A stretch of DNA of 64,000 nt from an uncultured bacterium (lineage in GTDB: Bacteria > Armatimonadota > Abditibacteriia > Abditibacteriales > Abditibacteriaceae): contig CAWJLW010000006.1 of the NCBI GenBank assembly GCA_963843795.1, positions 62,001 to 126,000 of the forward strand, in the 5' to 3' direction. A model generated the notes under the pieces. It was given only the letters and a program-made list of their open reading frames with translations. It had not been told where the DNA came from and searched no databases. Position numbers and translations under genes: made by a program. Below, in pieces: positions 12,544-22,395 of the stretch. Position 1 is the first letter of the stretch. Every line of letters starts with the position of its first letter.

Positions 12544-15084
12544 ATGATCATGAACGAATCCTCCAACAACACAAACGAGCCCTCCAACAACACAAACGCC
12601 TTGCCGAATGGCGAGGCGCGGGACCTGCTGCGGAACTCGACCCTGCAACCCTCCAACTCGGTTTTCTCGCCTCAGCTCCGTGGCGAAGAAGAGCTTCTCA
12701 AGGCCAGGCAAGCCCTAGAGGTTCGGACCGAAAAACTGTTAAATTCGTTATCGCTGCTCACTGCCGCGCTTGAATCTACCGTTGATGGGATCGTCGCTTT
12801 GGACCTTTCTGGAAAGGTCATTGCCTGCAACACTAAGTTCACACTCATCTGGCAGTTTCCAGATGAAGTTGTGCAACGCCGGGACAGCCGAGAAATGATG
12901 GCCTACGCAGCGCAACAAACTGTAGACCCCGCAGCATTTCTCCAACTCATTGAGAAGCGGCAGGCTGAGCCAGAGGTCGAGTCTTTTGATGTTGTAGAGA
13001 TGAAGGATGGCCGCACTCTTGAACGGTATGGTTTTCCTCACCTGGTCAATCAGGAGTGCGTGGGATTGGTTGTTAGCTTCCGCGACATCACCGAGCGCAA
13101 GCAGGCCGGAGCGGCCTTACACCTCAGCGAGGAAAAGTATCGGCTACTGTGGGCGACGGCCGGGGACGCTTTCGTGCTTTTCGATCATGATAATGTCATC
13201 TTGGAAGCCAATGCCTCTCTGACTACGATTTTCGGCTATGCGCCGGAGGAAGTGATCGGTCGGGAACTCTCTCTGCTGCAACCGGAACGTCTGCGCGAGC
13301 AGCATCGCCGTGGGTTGCAACGCTATTTGGAAACCGGGCATCGCACACTTAACTGGCGCGCGACTGAGGCTCTGGGATTACATCGAGATGGACGTGAAAT
13401 CCCCATTGAGATCGCCTTTAACCATCTTCACCTGGAAGGGAAAGATTTGTTTGCCGGCTTTATCCGCGATATCACCGAGCGCAAACAGACAGAACAGGGG
13501 CTCGCGGTTTTTGAGGCCATTGTTGATTCCTCTCATGATGCCATTGTGAGTAAGACACTCCAGGGTATCATCACCAGTTGGAATCGGGGAGCCGAAAGAC
13601 TTTTCGGCTATTCATCTGCCGAAATCATTGGCAAGTCCGTCCTAACGCTCATTCCGCCCGACCGCGCCGCTGAAGAACCTCACATCCTTGCCAGGCAGGC
13701 ACGTGGAGAGCGAATTGATCATTTCGAAACGGTGCGCATCAGGAAGGATGGGCAACTCATTGATGTTTCCCTGACTCTCTCGCCCATCAGAGATAGGCAG
13801 GGAAACATCATCGGTGTTTCCAAGGTCGCACGCGACATCACTGCGCGCAAGCAAGCCGAACGGGAGCGCGAAGACCTCCTGGCGCGTGAGCAGAAAGCCC
13901 GCCAAGGAGCGGAAACGGCCAACCGTCTTAAAGATGAGTTTTTAGCCACCATGTCCCATGAGTTGCGCACACCATTGACCGCCATTCTGGGGTGGGCCAA
14001 CATGATCCGCAATGGCAAAGTGAGAACTGAAGATATAGAACATGGGCTTGAGGTCATTGAACGAAACGCCCAGGTCCAGACCCAGCTTGTAAATGACATC
14101 CTGGATGTTTCCAGCATCATCACTGGAAAGTTGAGGCTGAACGTGCGTCCGGTGGAGCTATTTTTAGTGATCGAGAGCGCAGTGGAGTCAGTGCTGCCTG
14201 CGGCGCAAGCCAAAGGAATTCGGCTGCAGCGCGTGTTAGATTCCGGCACCAGCGTGGTTGCAGGAGATGTCACTCGCTTGCAACAGGTCGTCTGGAATCT
14301 GCTGATGAACGCGATTAAATTTACGCCCAAAGAGGGACGGGTGCAAATTCGGTTGGAGCGTGTCAAGTCTCACATTGAGATCATTGTTGCCGATAGTGGC
14401 ATCGGCATCAACCCTGAGATTTTGCCTTACATTTTCGATCGCTTTCGACAGGCCGATCAGTCGTCTACGCGAAATTATGGAGGATTGGGACTGGGACTGG
14501 CCATTGTGCGGCACATCGTGGAAAGTCATGGAGGCACGGTTGAAGCCGATAGTCCGGGTGAAAATCAGGGAGCGATCTTCACGGTGAAGATGCCTCTGAT
14601 GGCGACGCGCTCCGATGAAGTTCTGTCTCATAAAGTCGAAAATCGCCTGAAGCCATCTGCCAGTGATCGTGATCACTTCGAATATCTCCCGAAACTGCAA
14701 TATGTCCATGTTCTGGTTGTCGATGATGAGGAAGATGCAAGACGCTTGGTAAGAACCGTTCTTGAAAGCTGTGCGGCCAGAGTGACAGTTGCTGCCAATG
14801 CCGCCGAAGCGTTATCGGCACTAAAATCTTTGCGGCCTGACGTTCTCATCAGTGACATTGGTATGCCAAATGAAGATGGTCATTCTTTGATTCGTAAAGT
14901 ACGAGCTCTGACTCCGGAGCAAGGGGGACAGACTCCTGCCGCTGCTCTAACCGCCTATGTTAGAGTGGAAGACCGCTTGCAGATACTACGCTCCGGCTTT
15001 CAAATTCACTTGCCCAAGCCAATCGAACCCGCTGAACTGGTGGCCGTTGTGGCTAATCTCGCGAACACAAAGCCCCTTGATTGA
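12544..15084 (+). CDS. Hybrid sensor histidine kinase/response regulator with 3 PAS domains
   Basis: PAS/PAC repeats (RDITERKQ), H-box MSHELRTPL, HATPase NAIKFT/DSGIG/GGLGLGL, REC VLVVDD..SDIGMP..KP. Confidence 0.95.
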   Translation: MIMNESSNNTNEPSNNTNALPNGEARDLLRNSTLQPSNSVFSPQLRGEEELLKARQALEVRTEKLLNSLSLLTAALESTVDGIVALDLSGKVIACNTKFTLIWQFPDEVVQRRDSREMMAYAAQQTVDPAAFLQLIEKRQAEPEVESFDVVEMKDGRTLERYGFPHLVNQECVGLVVSFRDITERKQAGAALHLSEEKYRLLWATAGDAFVLFDHDNVILEANASLTTIFGYAPEEVIGRELSLLQPERLREQHRRGLQRYLETGHRTLNWRATEALGLHRDGREIPIEIAFNHLHLEGKDLFAGFIRDITERKQTEQGLAVFEAIVDSSHDAIVSKTLQGIITSWNRGAERLFGYSSAEIIGKSVLTLIPPDRAAEEPHILARQARGERIDHFETVRIRKDGQLIDVSLTLSPIRDRQGNIIGVSKVARDITARKQAEREREDLLAREQKARQGAETANRLKDEFLATMSHELRTPLTAILGWANMIRNGKVRTEDIEHGLEVIERNAQVQTQLVNDILDVSSIITGKLRLNVRPVELFLVIESAVESVLPAAQAKGIRLQRVLDSGTSVVAGDVTRLQQVVWNLLMNAIKFTPKEGRVQIRLERVKSHIEIIVADSGIGINPEILPYIFDRFRQADQSSTRNYGGLGLGLAIVRHIVESHGGTVEADSPGENQGAIFTVKMPLMATRSDEVLSHKVENRLKPSASDRDHFEYLPKLQYVHVLVVDDEEDARRLVRTVLESCAARVTVAANAAEALSALKSLRPDVLISDIGMPNEDGHSLIRKVRALTPEQGGQTPAAALTAYVRVEDRLQILRSGFQIHLPKPIEPAELVAVVANLANTKPLD

Positions 15085-15369
15085 AACATGCCACGATCTT
15101 TTTCATTAGCAATTCAAGCACGCAATCCGATACTTTTCACCAACTAACTATGGCCGCTATCTTGTAACTGCAGCCGAGGTTTGTCGCCAGCATGGCATTT
15201 GCCACTACGCCTTTGACAAGTGGGAGATACAAGGGTACTTGGTCTGGCCGGATGAATGTTAGTGATGCGTTTCAGCTTAGATTTCTCAGTACAGATCGTA
15301 TCCGCAACACCTTTTTGCAACAACGCCGGATGATCTGCTACCCAAATTCATTTCACTTAGGTGTAGAGA

Positions 15370-18006
15370 CTATTTCGCTTGAAACTCCCATGTGGCGACA
15401 ACGCGGCGGCCATCGGGCCACAGGGCTTCTGCTTCAATCCAGTGGGCACCGGCCCCGCGTGGCGCAAACGAAAACTCTCGGCCCATGTGCGGCTCATGCT
15501 CGGAGGCTTCCCAAACGATTTGTGCTTGAGCCAAATCAAGTGACTTCACTTCCAATTTGGGATGCAGGATTGATCCAAGGCCAACGATTGGCGCAATTCC
15601 AATAATTTTGGCGGTTGCCGCACGCCACGGTTGTTTGGCCAGCGGGCTGCGCGCCATCAGCCATGCCAGAGTCGCCATTCCACGTGCTTGATTCACGATG
15701 ACAAATTCGGTTGAGGTGTTGAAGCTATCACCCCAGCGGTCGTAGAAAGGATAAGGATTGTCGTTGTCACCATCCAAAGGGAACGACAACAATCCCAACT
15801 CTTTCTTGTAAGGCTCAATATAGGCAAAGCCGGATTGAACTGCGCCCAATGGCAGGCCTGACGGCGGCAACTCCCGCCGGTCATTCATAGCATATTGATG
15901 CACGATTTCTCGCTGCCGCTTTGTGCCAGTGCCGGTCAGAAACGAAACGTTGTTCGGGTTTGAACCGGCCTCAAAGTTGAGATTGCCGATAATGATTTCA
16001 ACCCACTGCGAATCGGGTTTGATTTGGGCCGCCACTGCGATGTCGAAGGCTTCCGACATCGGGAAGTACCAACCGGCGACGCGAAAACGCTTACTTTCCA
16101 GTGGGAAACTGTGTTGATACGCATTGTCAAGCGCGTATTTTGCTTCGTCTTGTCCGCCTAAAAGTACTTGCTCTTCACACTTGCGCAAATGAAAGGCATC
16201 AAGCTTTTCTTTAGTGAGACGCCCGCTGCGTGCAGCAAAAGCGTAACTGCGAATGGCACAGCCATAACCTTCGAACAAGCGTTGCCAGCCCCAGCGCAAG
16301 GTTTCAGGACTGGCGGGATCAAAGTACTTGAGAACCTCTTGATGGGCCGCATCATCGCCAGTTGCGAGGAAGATTTCCGTCGCTGCCCAGGCCAATTCGT
16401 CATCGTGCATGAAGGTGTCGCCGTAGTGCGTGATCTTTTGATAAGCACCATCGCGGCCATGCTCAGCCAATGCGCGCTGTAAAAAAGACCAACCTTTACG
16501 CGCCTTTTCGAGGTAGGATGCCGCCTCAATAGGGAACTGCTTGCGGAACTGCGGTGAGGAAGCAGCTTGTGCCAGAGCCGCCGTTGCAGCGGCAGTGGCT
16601 GAGGTGGTTTTGGGGAAAACGATCTGCGGATCGCCTTGATCCGGTAGCACATTGTTCTCATACTCGCGTTCGCGCGGATAAACCAGAAAGTAAAATCCGC
16701 CATCGTCATCCTGCATCTTGGCCAGAAAGTCTGCTTCCCATTTCGCGATCTGCAAGATGTCGCTTTGGCCATCACCGCTTTCGGGCAAACCGAGATTATC
16801 TAACGCCGCCACACCCGCAAAAGAGTCGGCGGCGAAAATGAGGTGATGAATCAGCTGCGCGCTATTGATGGTGTATTTGCTGTAATCTCCAGCATCGTGG
16901 TGGCCACCGCTGACACTCACCTTGCCTTGATGCACAAACGGATATAGGCTCGACGCGGTATCTTTCAATTGTGGTGCAGTGTGGCGTGGGTTACTTTGAA
17001 AGTTACTCGACATTTCCGCCAGTCGCGCTTGCATTTTGGTGAATGAGGCTGTGGGAACATCTGCCGCTGCCACATGACACGCTGCGTGAGTAAAGCGCGA
17101 AAATGGCAAGGCGTTTTCGGCCCCACAGCGCTGATGGTAAAGTCCTAACGCATAAGTGCGGGCAAATGCCGTCGCAACTCCATCGTTAACAGCAAAGGGA
17201 AAAGAAGTGCCTAACCCTGGCACTTGCAGACGATACTGCCCGGCTACTTTGAAATCGCTGAAATCGGCTTCCCATACCCGCTGATAAGGCTTAATGGTGT
17301 AAGTATAGCCTTGGTCACGGCGCAGTGTGAGTCGTCCGGTGAAAACTATTTTGCCGCTGGCCTCATCCAGTAGTTGGAAACTTTGCGGAGCCGGAACTAT
17401 CATCTCGCCCATACTACCCAGATAGTAGCCGATAGTGGCTTTCTTGGGCAGTGATGGAACATAACCAACCTGATTCACATGAACAGCAGGACTCCATCTC
17501 GCGGCATCTAATGACGCTGCAAAGCGCATGGTTTGGGGCCATAAAGTACTTTGCACTTCGACTGTGGCGCCATCCGCCAGTGGCTGAGCTAATTGAAGAA
17601 CAAGCGCGTTGCTAATTCGCAAATCGCGCTTGGCTAACGGCGCATATAGAACACGACGTTTAAAGCCAATGGCGGCAACATCACAAGGCTTGCCGCCCTC
17701 AAGTACTTTCAACTCCTTCAATGCAGGCAGTCCCAGATGACCTTGTTCGTCAACCCAGTTCCACAGCGCGCTGTGCCCGCCTTCTGGCTGCGTTGTGATG
17801 AGGGTGAGTTCCAGAACAGTAGGGGAAAGAATTCTCAACCAGTGTGTGCCCACTTGGGGCATTGCCAGCGGATTACTGTCTCTTGAAAATACGCTCAATC
17901 CCACGGTGACCGGTGACTTGGTGACCCGTGACGCTGCAACCGGTAAAGCAGATGCTACGCCAAACACCAGAAAAATGATGCAAGATACAGAAGGCGTGTG
18001 TTTCAT
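15370..18006 (-). CDS. Glycoside hydrolase family 9 protein with CelD-type Ig domain, secreted
   Basis: Signal peptide, HVNQVGY.P...K.A, YHQRCG, GGHHDAGDYSKY. Confidence 0.85.
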   Translation of the reverse strand: MKHTPSVSCIIFLVFGVASALPVAASRVTKSPVTVGLSVFSRDSNPLAMPQVGTHWLRILSPTVLELTLITTQPEGGHSALWNWVDEQGHLGLPALKELKVLEGGKPCDVAAIGFKRRVLYAPLAKRDLRISNALVLQLAQPLADGATVEVQSTLWPQTMRFAASLDAARWSPAVHVNQVGYVPSLPKKATIGYYLGSMGEMIVPAPQSFQLLDEASGKIVFTGRLTLRRDQGYTYTIKPYQRVWEADFSDFKVAGQYRLQVPGLGTSFPFAVNDGVATAFARTYALGLYHQRCGAENALPFSRFTHAACHVAAADVPTASFTKMQARLAEMSSNFQSNPRHTAPQLKDTASSLYPFVHQGKVSVSGGHHDAGDYSKYTINSAQLIHHLIFAADSFAGVAALDNLGLPESGDGQSDILQIAKWEADFLAKMQDDDGGFYFLVYPREREYENNVLPDQGDPQIVFPKTTSATAAATAALAQAASSPQFRKQFPIEAASYLEKARKGWSFLQRALAEHGRDGAYQKITHYGDTFMHDDELAWAATEIFLATGDDAAHQEVLKYFDPASPETLRWGWQRLFEGYGCAIRSYAFAARSGRLTKEKLDAFHLRKCEEQVLLGGQDEAKYALDNAYQHSFPLESKRFRVAGWYFPMSEAFDIAVAAQIKPDSQWVEIIIGNLNFEAGSNPNNVSFLTGTGTKRQREIVHQYAMNDRRELPPSGLPLGAVQSGFAYIEPYKKELGLLSFPLDGDNDNPYPFYDRWGDSFNTSTEFVIVNQARGMATLAWLMARSPLAKQPWRAATAKIIGIAPIVGLGSILHPKLEVKSLDLAQAQIVWEASEHEPHMGREFSFAPRGAGAHWIEAEALWPDGRRVVATWEFQAK

Positions 18007-18292
18007 GGGAAGCCTCACACAAAGGAATGACGAAAGTATATGATTACGTTCAGCGTCAAGCCTCTGACTGACGCTGGCAGCGATTGTGAGAGAAGAACGT
18101 GATTTGTTTCAGGTAATCACTGGCTCGGGATCACAGAACGTCCCGAGAAAATTGATCATCTCGGGAGTACCTACGTGGGCTTGTCCCTGTTTGGTAGTGG
18201 GTAAGTTAAGCGTCAAATTTCAAGATTGTTCAAAGTTTACGTGACTTTGATACCTCAGGGCAGAATGCCGCCGCTGGCGATTGTAGTAACTT

Positions 18293-19611
18293 TGGAACTC
18301 ACCCGCAAAAGTGGACAGTTGAAAAAGAGAAACTGGAATCACAGGAGCCATTATGGGAGTTCAACACAAACCAAGCAAACGCAAACAACCCAGCAGCGAG
18401 TTCAAACGGGAGGCAGTCCGGCTGGTGACTGCAGGCGGTCTGAGCATCGCCCAGGCCGCACGCGGTCTCGGTCTGGACGACAACATCCGCCCATTGGGCA
18501 CCCAGCCACTGGAAGAAAGAAGCCCAGCAAAACGGCCAGAACGCTTTTCCCGGTCAAGGGCATCCCCAAGATGAAGAACTGTCTCGGCTACGGCGCGAGA
18601 ATGAAGTGCTTCGCCAAGAAAGGGAGATCCTAAAAAAAGCCATCAGCATCTTCTCGCAGCCGGGCCGGTAACCAAGGAGATGCGTTATCTGTTTATCCAG
18701 CAGCATCAAGGTCAGTTTCAGATGACTGTGCTGCTGCGCGTGGCAGGCGTAACTGGCAGTGCCTTTTATCAATGGCAAAAGCGGCCAATGAGCCAGCGTG
18801 CCCAGCACAAGAAGGAGTTGGTCACCCATATCCGTGCCCTTTTTCAGGAGAACAAAGGGCGCTATGGCAGCTCCCGCATCCATCGCGATTTGCAAGCGCA
18901 GGGAATCAAGTGCAGTCAAAAGCGTGTGGCTCAAATGATGAAGGAACACAATCTGGTGGTGCGCAGGGCTCGCCGGTTTGTGGCAACCACCGATTCTGGC
19001 CATGCTTTTCCCATTGCCCAGAACCTTCTGAACCGTGAGTATCAGGTCAAAGCAGTGGCAGGACTGAACCGAGCTTGAGATGGTGACATCACTTACGTTC
19101 CTACAGATCAGGGTTGGTTATATGTGCCGGTGATTCTGGACTTGAAAAACCGCAAGGTCATCGGGTGGAGCATGAGAGACAGCCTGGAACAGACGCTGGT
19201 GCATGAAGCGTTGAAGATGGCTTTGGGACAGCGGACATCACCAGAGCGGTGCCCAACGACGTTGCTTTTTCACAGTGACCGGAGCAGCCAATACGCGGCT
19301 CATGACTATCGGGAGCGGCTTCAGAAGTTTGGCATCGTGTGCAGCATGAGCCGCAGGGGCGGATACCGTTGGCGGATTGGGACAACGCGGTAGTCGAAAG
19401 CTTCTTCGCCACCCTCAAAAAAGAGGAGGTGCATCGGGAAAACCATCTGACTCAGGAACAGGCCAAAGCCAGCCTGTTCTGTTACATCGAAATCTTCTAC
19501 AATCGAAAGCGCAGACATTCACGGGCGCCCTTCGGGCAGGGGCTACATCAGCCCACACGAATACGAAAAAGCCATGCTTAACTAATTGTCCACATTTCAG
19601 GGGGAACTCCA
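18293..19611 (+). mobile_element. IS3-family element, full-length but inactivated
   Basis: IRs TGGAACTCACCCGCAAAAGTGGACA / TGTCCACATTTCAGGGGGAACTCCA; EFKREAV orfA, A-run near 18631, orfB with TGA at 19076 and three hairpin insertions. Confidence 0.9.
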
Positions 19612-19658
19612 CAATCATCCACAGCAGGCTTACGGCACTATTCGTAAAGAGGGGGAAG

Positions 19659-20575
19659 ATGAACAAAGCCAATGGATCTACTCAAATCATCACCATCGCG
19701 CACGACCGCATTCGCCCCGATCCCAACCAGCCGCGCCAGCACTTCGACCAGGCCGAGATCGCCGAACTGCGCCAAAGCATCCGCGAACACGGCTTGTTGC
19801 AACCGCTTCTGGTGCGCCACGAACCGTCGCGTTTCGATGGCTCTCCTTATCTAGTGGTGGCCGGCGAACGGCGCTGGCACGCCTGCGCGGGTGTGCTCGA
19901 TGACATTCCCTGCATCGTGCGCGATGCCACGCCCGAACAAGCCCAAGAACTCGCGCTCGTCGAAAACATCCAGCGCGCCAACCTGACGCCGATCGAAGAA
20001 GCGCGCGGTATCGCCAGCCTGATGGAAGCAAACGGACTGTCTCAAAACGCGACCGCCAAACGTCTGCACAAGCACGTCAACTGGGTGCGCAACCGTCTGG
20101 CCCTGCTCAAGATCGCCGCCGATGCTCAGGAAGTCGCCGCCGTCGCACCCGATAAGATGACCGCCCTGGTCGAGATCGATACCATTCGCGACGACAACGC
20201 GCTGCGCGGTGAACTGTTGGAGATGGCCGCCCGTGGCACCTCGCACAGCGCGATCATGGAGCGCATTGACGCCCACCGCGAAAAGCAACGCCCCGAAGCC
20301 GAATCGCGCCGCGCGCCCGACGAGCAAACCCAGCAACGCACAAACGAACAGGCGCGCAGCGGCAGCGGGCAGATGTCGCGCGGGCGCATGGTGACCGGCA
20401 CGCCCCACGACTAAGCGCGCCGGGAAATCGAAACCGCTCTGGCCGAATTGGAACGCCACGCCAAAACCCTCGCCGCTGGACGCCCAAAGCCGAGCGCAAG
20501 TACTTGCAGGAGCGCATCGAACCGCGCCTGACCAAACTGCGCCGCGATCTGATGAACGCTGGGCGTGGCGAGTAG
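19659..20575 (+). pseudogene. ParB/Spo0J-family protein with premature TAA (20412) and later frameshift
   Basis: PDPNQPR.HF, GLLQP, AGERRW, ALVENIQRANLTPIEEA, HTH; reading continues past the stop (ARREIETALAELERH). Confidence 0.75.
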
Positions 20576-20583
20576 GGCATAGC

Positions 20584-20625
20584 GAGATATATATGAGATG
20601 TATATGAGATGTATATGAGATGTAT
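20584..20625. repeat. 11-bp tandem repeat (TATATGAGATG) ~3.5 copies
   Basis: Directly visible; AT-rich, between the parB relic and the att site. Confidence 0.85.
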
Positions 20626-20824
20626 TTGGACGCCGGGCCTGAGAATGAAGGCGATCAAATGAAAACTACTGGATTTGATTGAAACTATGATTTCTTGAAC
20701 CTGACTATATTGACACTTTTCCGCGATGCTATGCGCGAAATAGGTCAACACACTTCTGAAAAAAGGGCTGATAAAAGCGGACGAATCCCTCGTAAAGTGA
20801 AGCGGGCGTGGAAGTTTTTCAATT

Positions 20825-20871
20825 TCACACTGATAATGTGGAGGTCCCTGGTTCGAGCCCAGGTGAGCGCA
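20825..20871 (+). other. 3' half of tRNA-Ile(GAT); putative att site at the island boundary
   Basis: Anticodon arm TCACA-CTGATAA-TGTGG, AGGTC, T-arm CCTGG-TTCGAGC-CCAGG and acceptor 3' strand; no 5' half or D-arm upstream. Confidence 0.8.
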
Positions 20872-20875
20872 GACG

Positions 20876-20909
20876 AAAAGCCGCGCCTTCAATTGAAGGC
20901 ACGGCTTTT
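20876..20909. terminator. Intrinsic terminator after the tRNA fragment
   Basis: AAAAGCCGCGCCTTCAATTGAAGGCACGGCTTTT. Confidence 0.8.
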
Positions 20910-21071
20910 GAGTTTTATCTGGAAACAATTATGCCAACGGAATTACGCGAAAGAATTTGTCTGCGATTTACACGCGCGTTACCGTTAAAGCTACAAGCTG
21001 TAGGAATTGTGGCCTGATTGAAATGGCCTTCGCTGTCGAACGCGCACACATTTTTCTCCTATGCGTTTTCG

Positions 21072-21425
21072 CTATACGCGCTTGACAGTGACTTGAACTT
21101 CTGTGCCGTAACCGCGACTCAGCACCGGATAGCTTTGGGTGGAGACGAAGTCGCCGATTGTAATATCGCCGAATTGGGAAGTGGCGATATGAACGCGCAC
21201 CGAGTACGAGCTGCGTTCGTCGAGTTTGTCGGCTGGGATTTCCATCTCGAACGGGAGTGACTCGCCCCGATGCAAGGAAACTCCGTGGCGAATGTATTCG
21301 CCAACCACCAACGACGGCGCGTCCGCGCGCGAGACGTTTTCCACAAAAACCATAACCGTGACAGGTTTCGTAGGCACGTTTTCCTGTGGTAGCACAATTT
21401 GCCCTCGCACAATTTTTGTTTCCAT
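21072..21425 (-). CDS. YbaY/YscW-like domain protein (no lipoprotein signal)
   Basis: V.VENVSRADAPS..V......PF.......D.R..YSVR.HI....GD....Q.YPVL. Confidence 0.75.
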   Translation of the reverse strand: METKIVRGQIVLPQENVPTKPVTVMVFVENVSRADAPSLVVGEYIRHGVSLHRGESLPFEMEIPADKLDERSSYSVRVHIATSQFGDITIGDFVSTQSYPVLSRGYGTEVQVTVKRV

Positions 21426-21441
21426 GTCGTTTTTTTTGTGG

Positions 21442-22395
21442 TTAAGATTGGTCGAATTGGACGAGCAATTCTGCCATCGCTGCGGTGATGGGTTGTGCGG
21501 TACGTTCTTCGACAAACAGCCATTCGCCCGCCGGGTTGACTTCCAAAAATACTTCGCGTCCGTCATGGGTACGACGAAAATCAACCGCGCCGTAAACGAG
21601 ACCCAGGGCGCGCATGAAATTCAGCAGTTTTTCTTGCGTTCCCTGCAGCAGTGTAGTGGGCGCGAATCGCGCGCCCACCATGTCCATACGATAATCGACG
21701 CCATAACCGTCGGGTGCGGCGCAAATCGCGGCGGCAAAGATCTGCTCGCCCACGACTGTGACGCGCAAATCGGCTGCGGCGGGAATATACTCCTGAAAAA
21801 TCACTGGCGCTAAGCGCACGCTGTCCAGTAGCTCTAATTCTTCAGGCTTCACCAGTCGGGTTTCGCGCCAGCATTGTTCTGAAGCGAGAAAGGTTTTGTA
21901 AATCGTGGGCGCGTCGCCGGATTCCGCAATAAAACGGCGCGCGGTGTCAGGATCGTTAGTGATGACGGTGCGCGGAATTATCAGGCCGGCTTTCGCGGCC
22001 ATCGCCAATTGATAAGGCTTGTGGTGCGCGGTTTCGTCGCGTTCGGGCGGGTTGATCCAACGCAGCTCGAGCGCGCTCCACAACCCCGAAATCGCCTCAT
22101 GGCATTCAGCATAAGTAAAGGCAGTGACTTGGCTGTCCAAGCCATCGTGCAGCGTATAAGGTTGAGGTCGTCGCCACCAGCCAGCGCGACAACGAGTTAA
22201 ATCAATGCGCTGGCCGTCGGCGCAAAATTCGAGCTGCGGCTGATGGTTTTCAAAGCGCTGAGAAATCGAGGCGCTTGCTGGAAACTTGGCCGTGTCGAGC
22301 AGAGCCACCGGATGCTGCAAGCGTTCCAACTGCCGCAGCACTCCAGTCGCGTGTTCATCGTCGGCGTGAGAGACGATTAGAATCACAGAATTCAC
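21442..22395 (-). CDS. MvdC/MvdD-like ATP-grasp ligase (graspetide synthetase/RimK-like)
   Basis: D.HA..V, WWRRP, W.NPP.......KP.QL, P.T.ITNDP, IFQEYI, DLRVTVVG, YGAVD, FLEVNPAGEW; GTG start overlaps the upstream TGA. Confidence 0.9.
   Translation of the reverse strand: MNSVILIVSHADDEHATGVLRQLERLQHPVALLDTAKFPASASISQRFENHQPQLEFCADGQRIDLTRCRAGWWRRPQPYTLHDGLDSQVTAFTYAECHEAISGLWSALELRWINPPERDETAHHKPYQLAMAAKAGLIIPRTVITNDPDTARRFIAESGDAPTIYKTFLASEQCWRETRLVKPEELELLDSVRLAPVIFQEYIPAAADLRVTVVGEQIFAAAICAAPDGYGVDYRMDMVGARFAPTTLLQGTQEKLLNFMRALGLVYGAVDFRRTHDGREVFLEVNPAGEWLFVEERTAQPITAAMAELLVQFDQS

Noticed and set aside
19377..19658. N-terminal 94 aa of the 345-aa ParB ORF
   Set aside because: Read-through from IS3 sequence; the real start with RBS is at 19659.
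20800..20875. Complete tRNA-Ile gene
   Set aside because: No D-arm or acceptor 5' strand upstream; only the 3' half is present.
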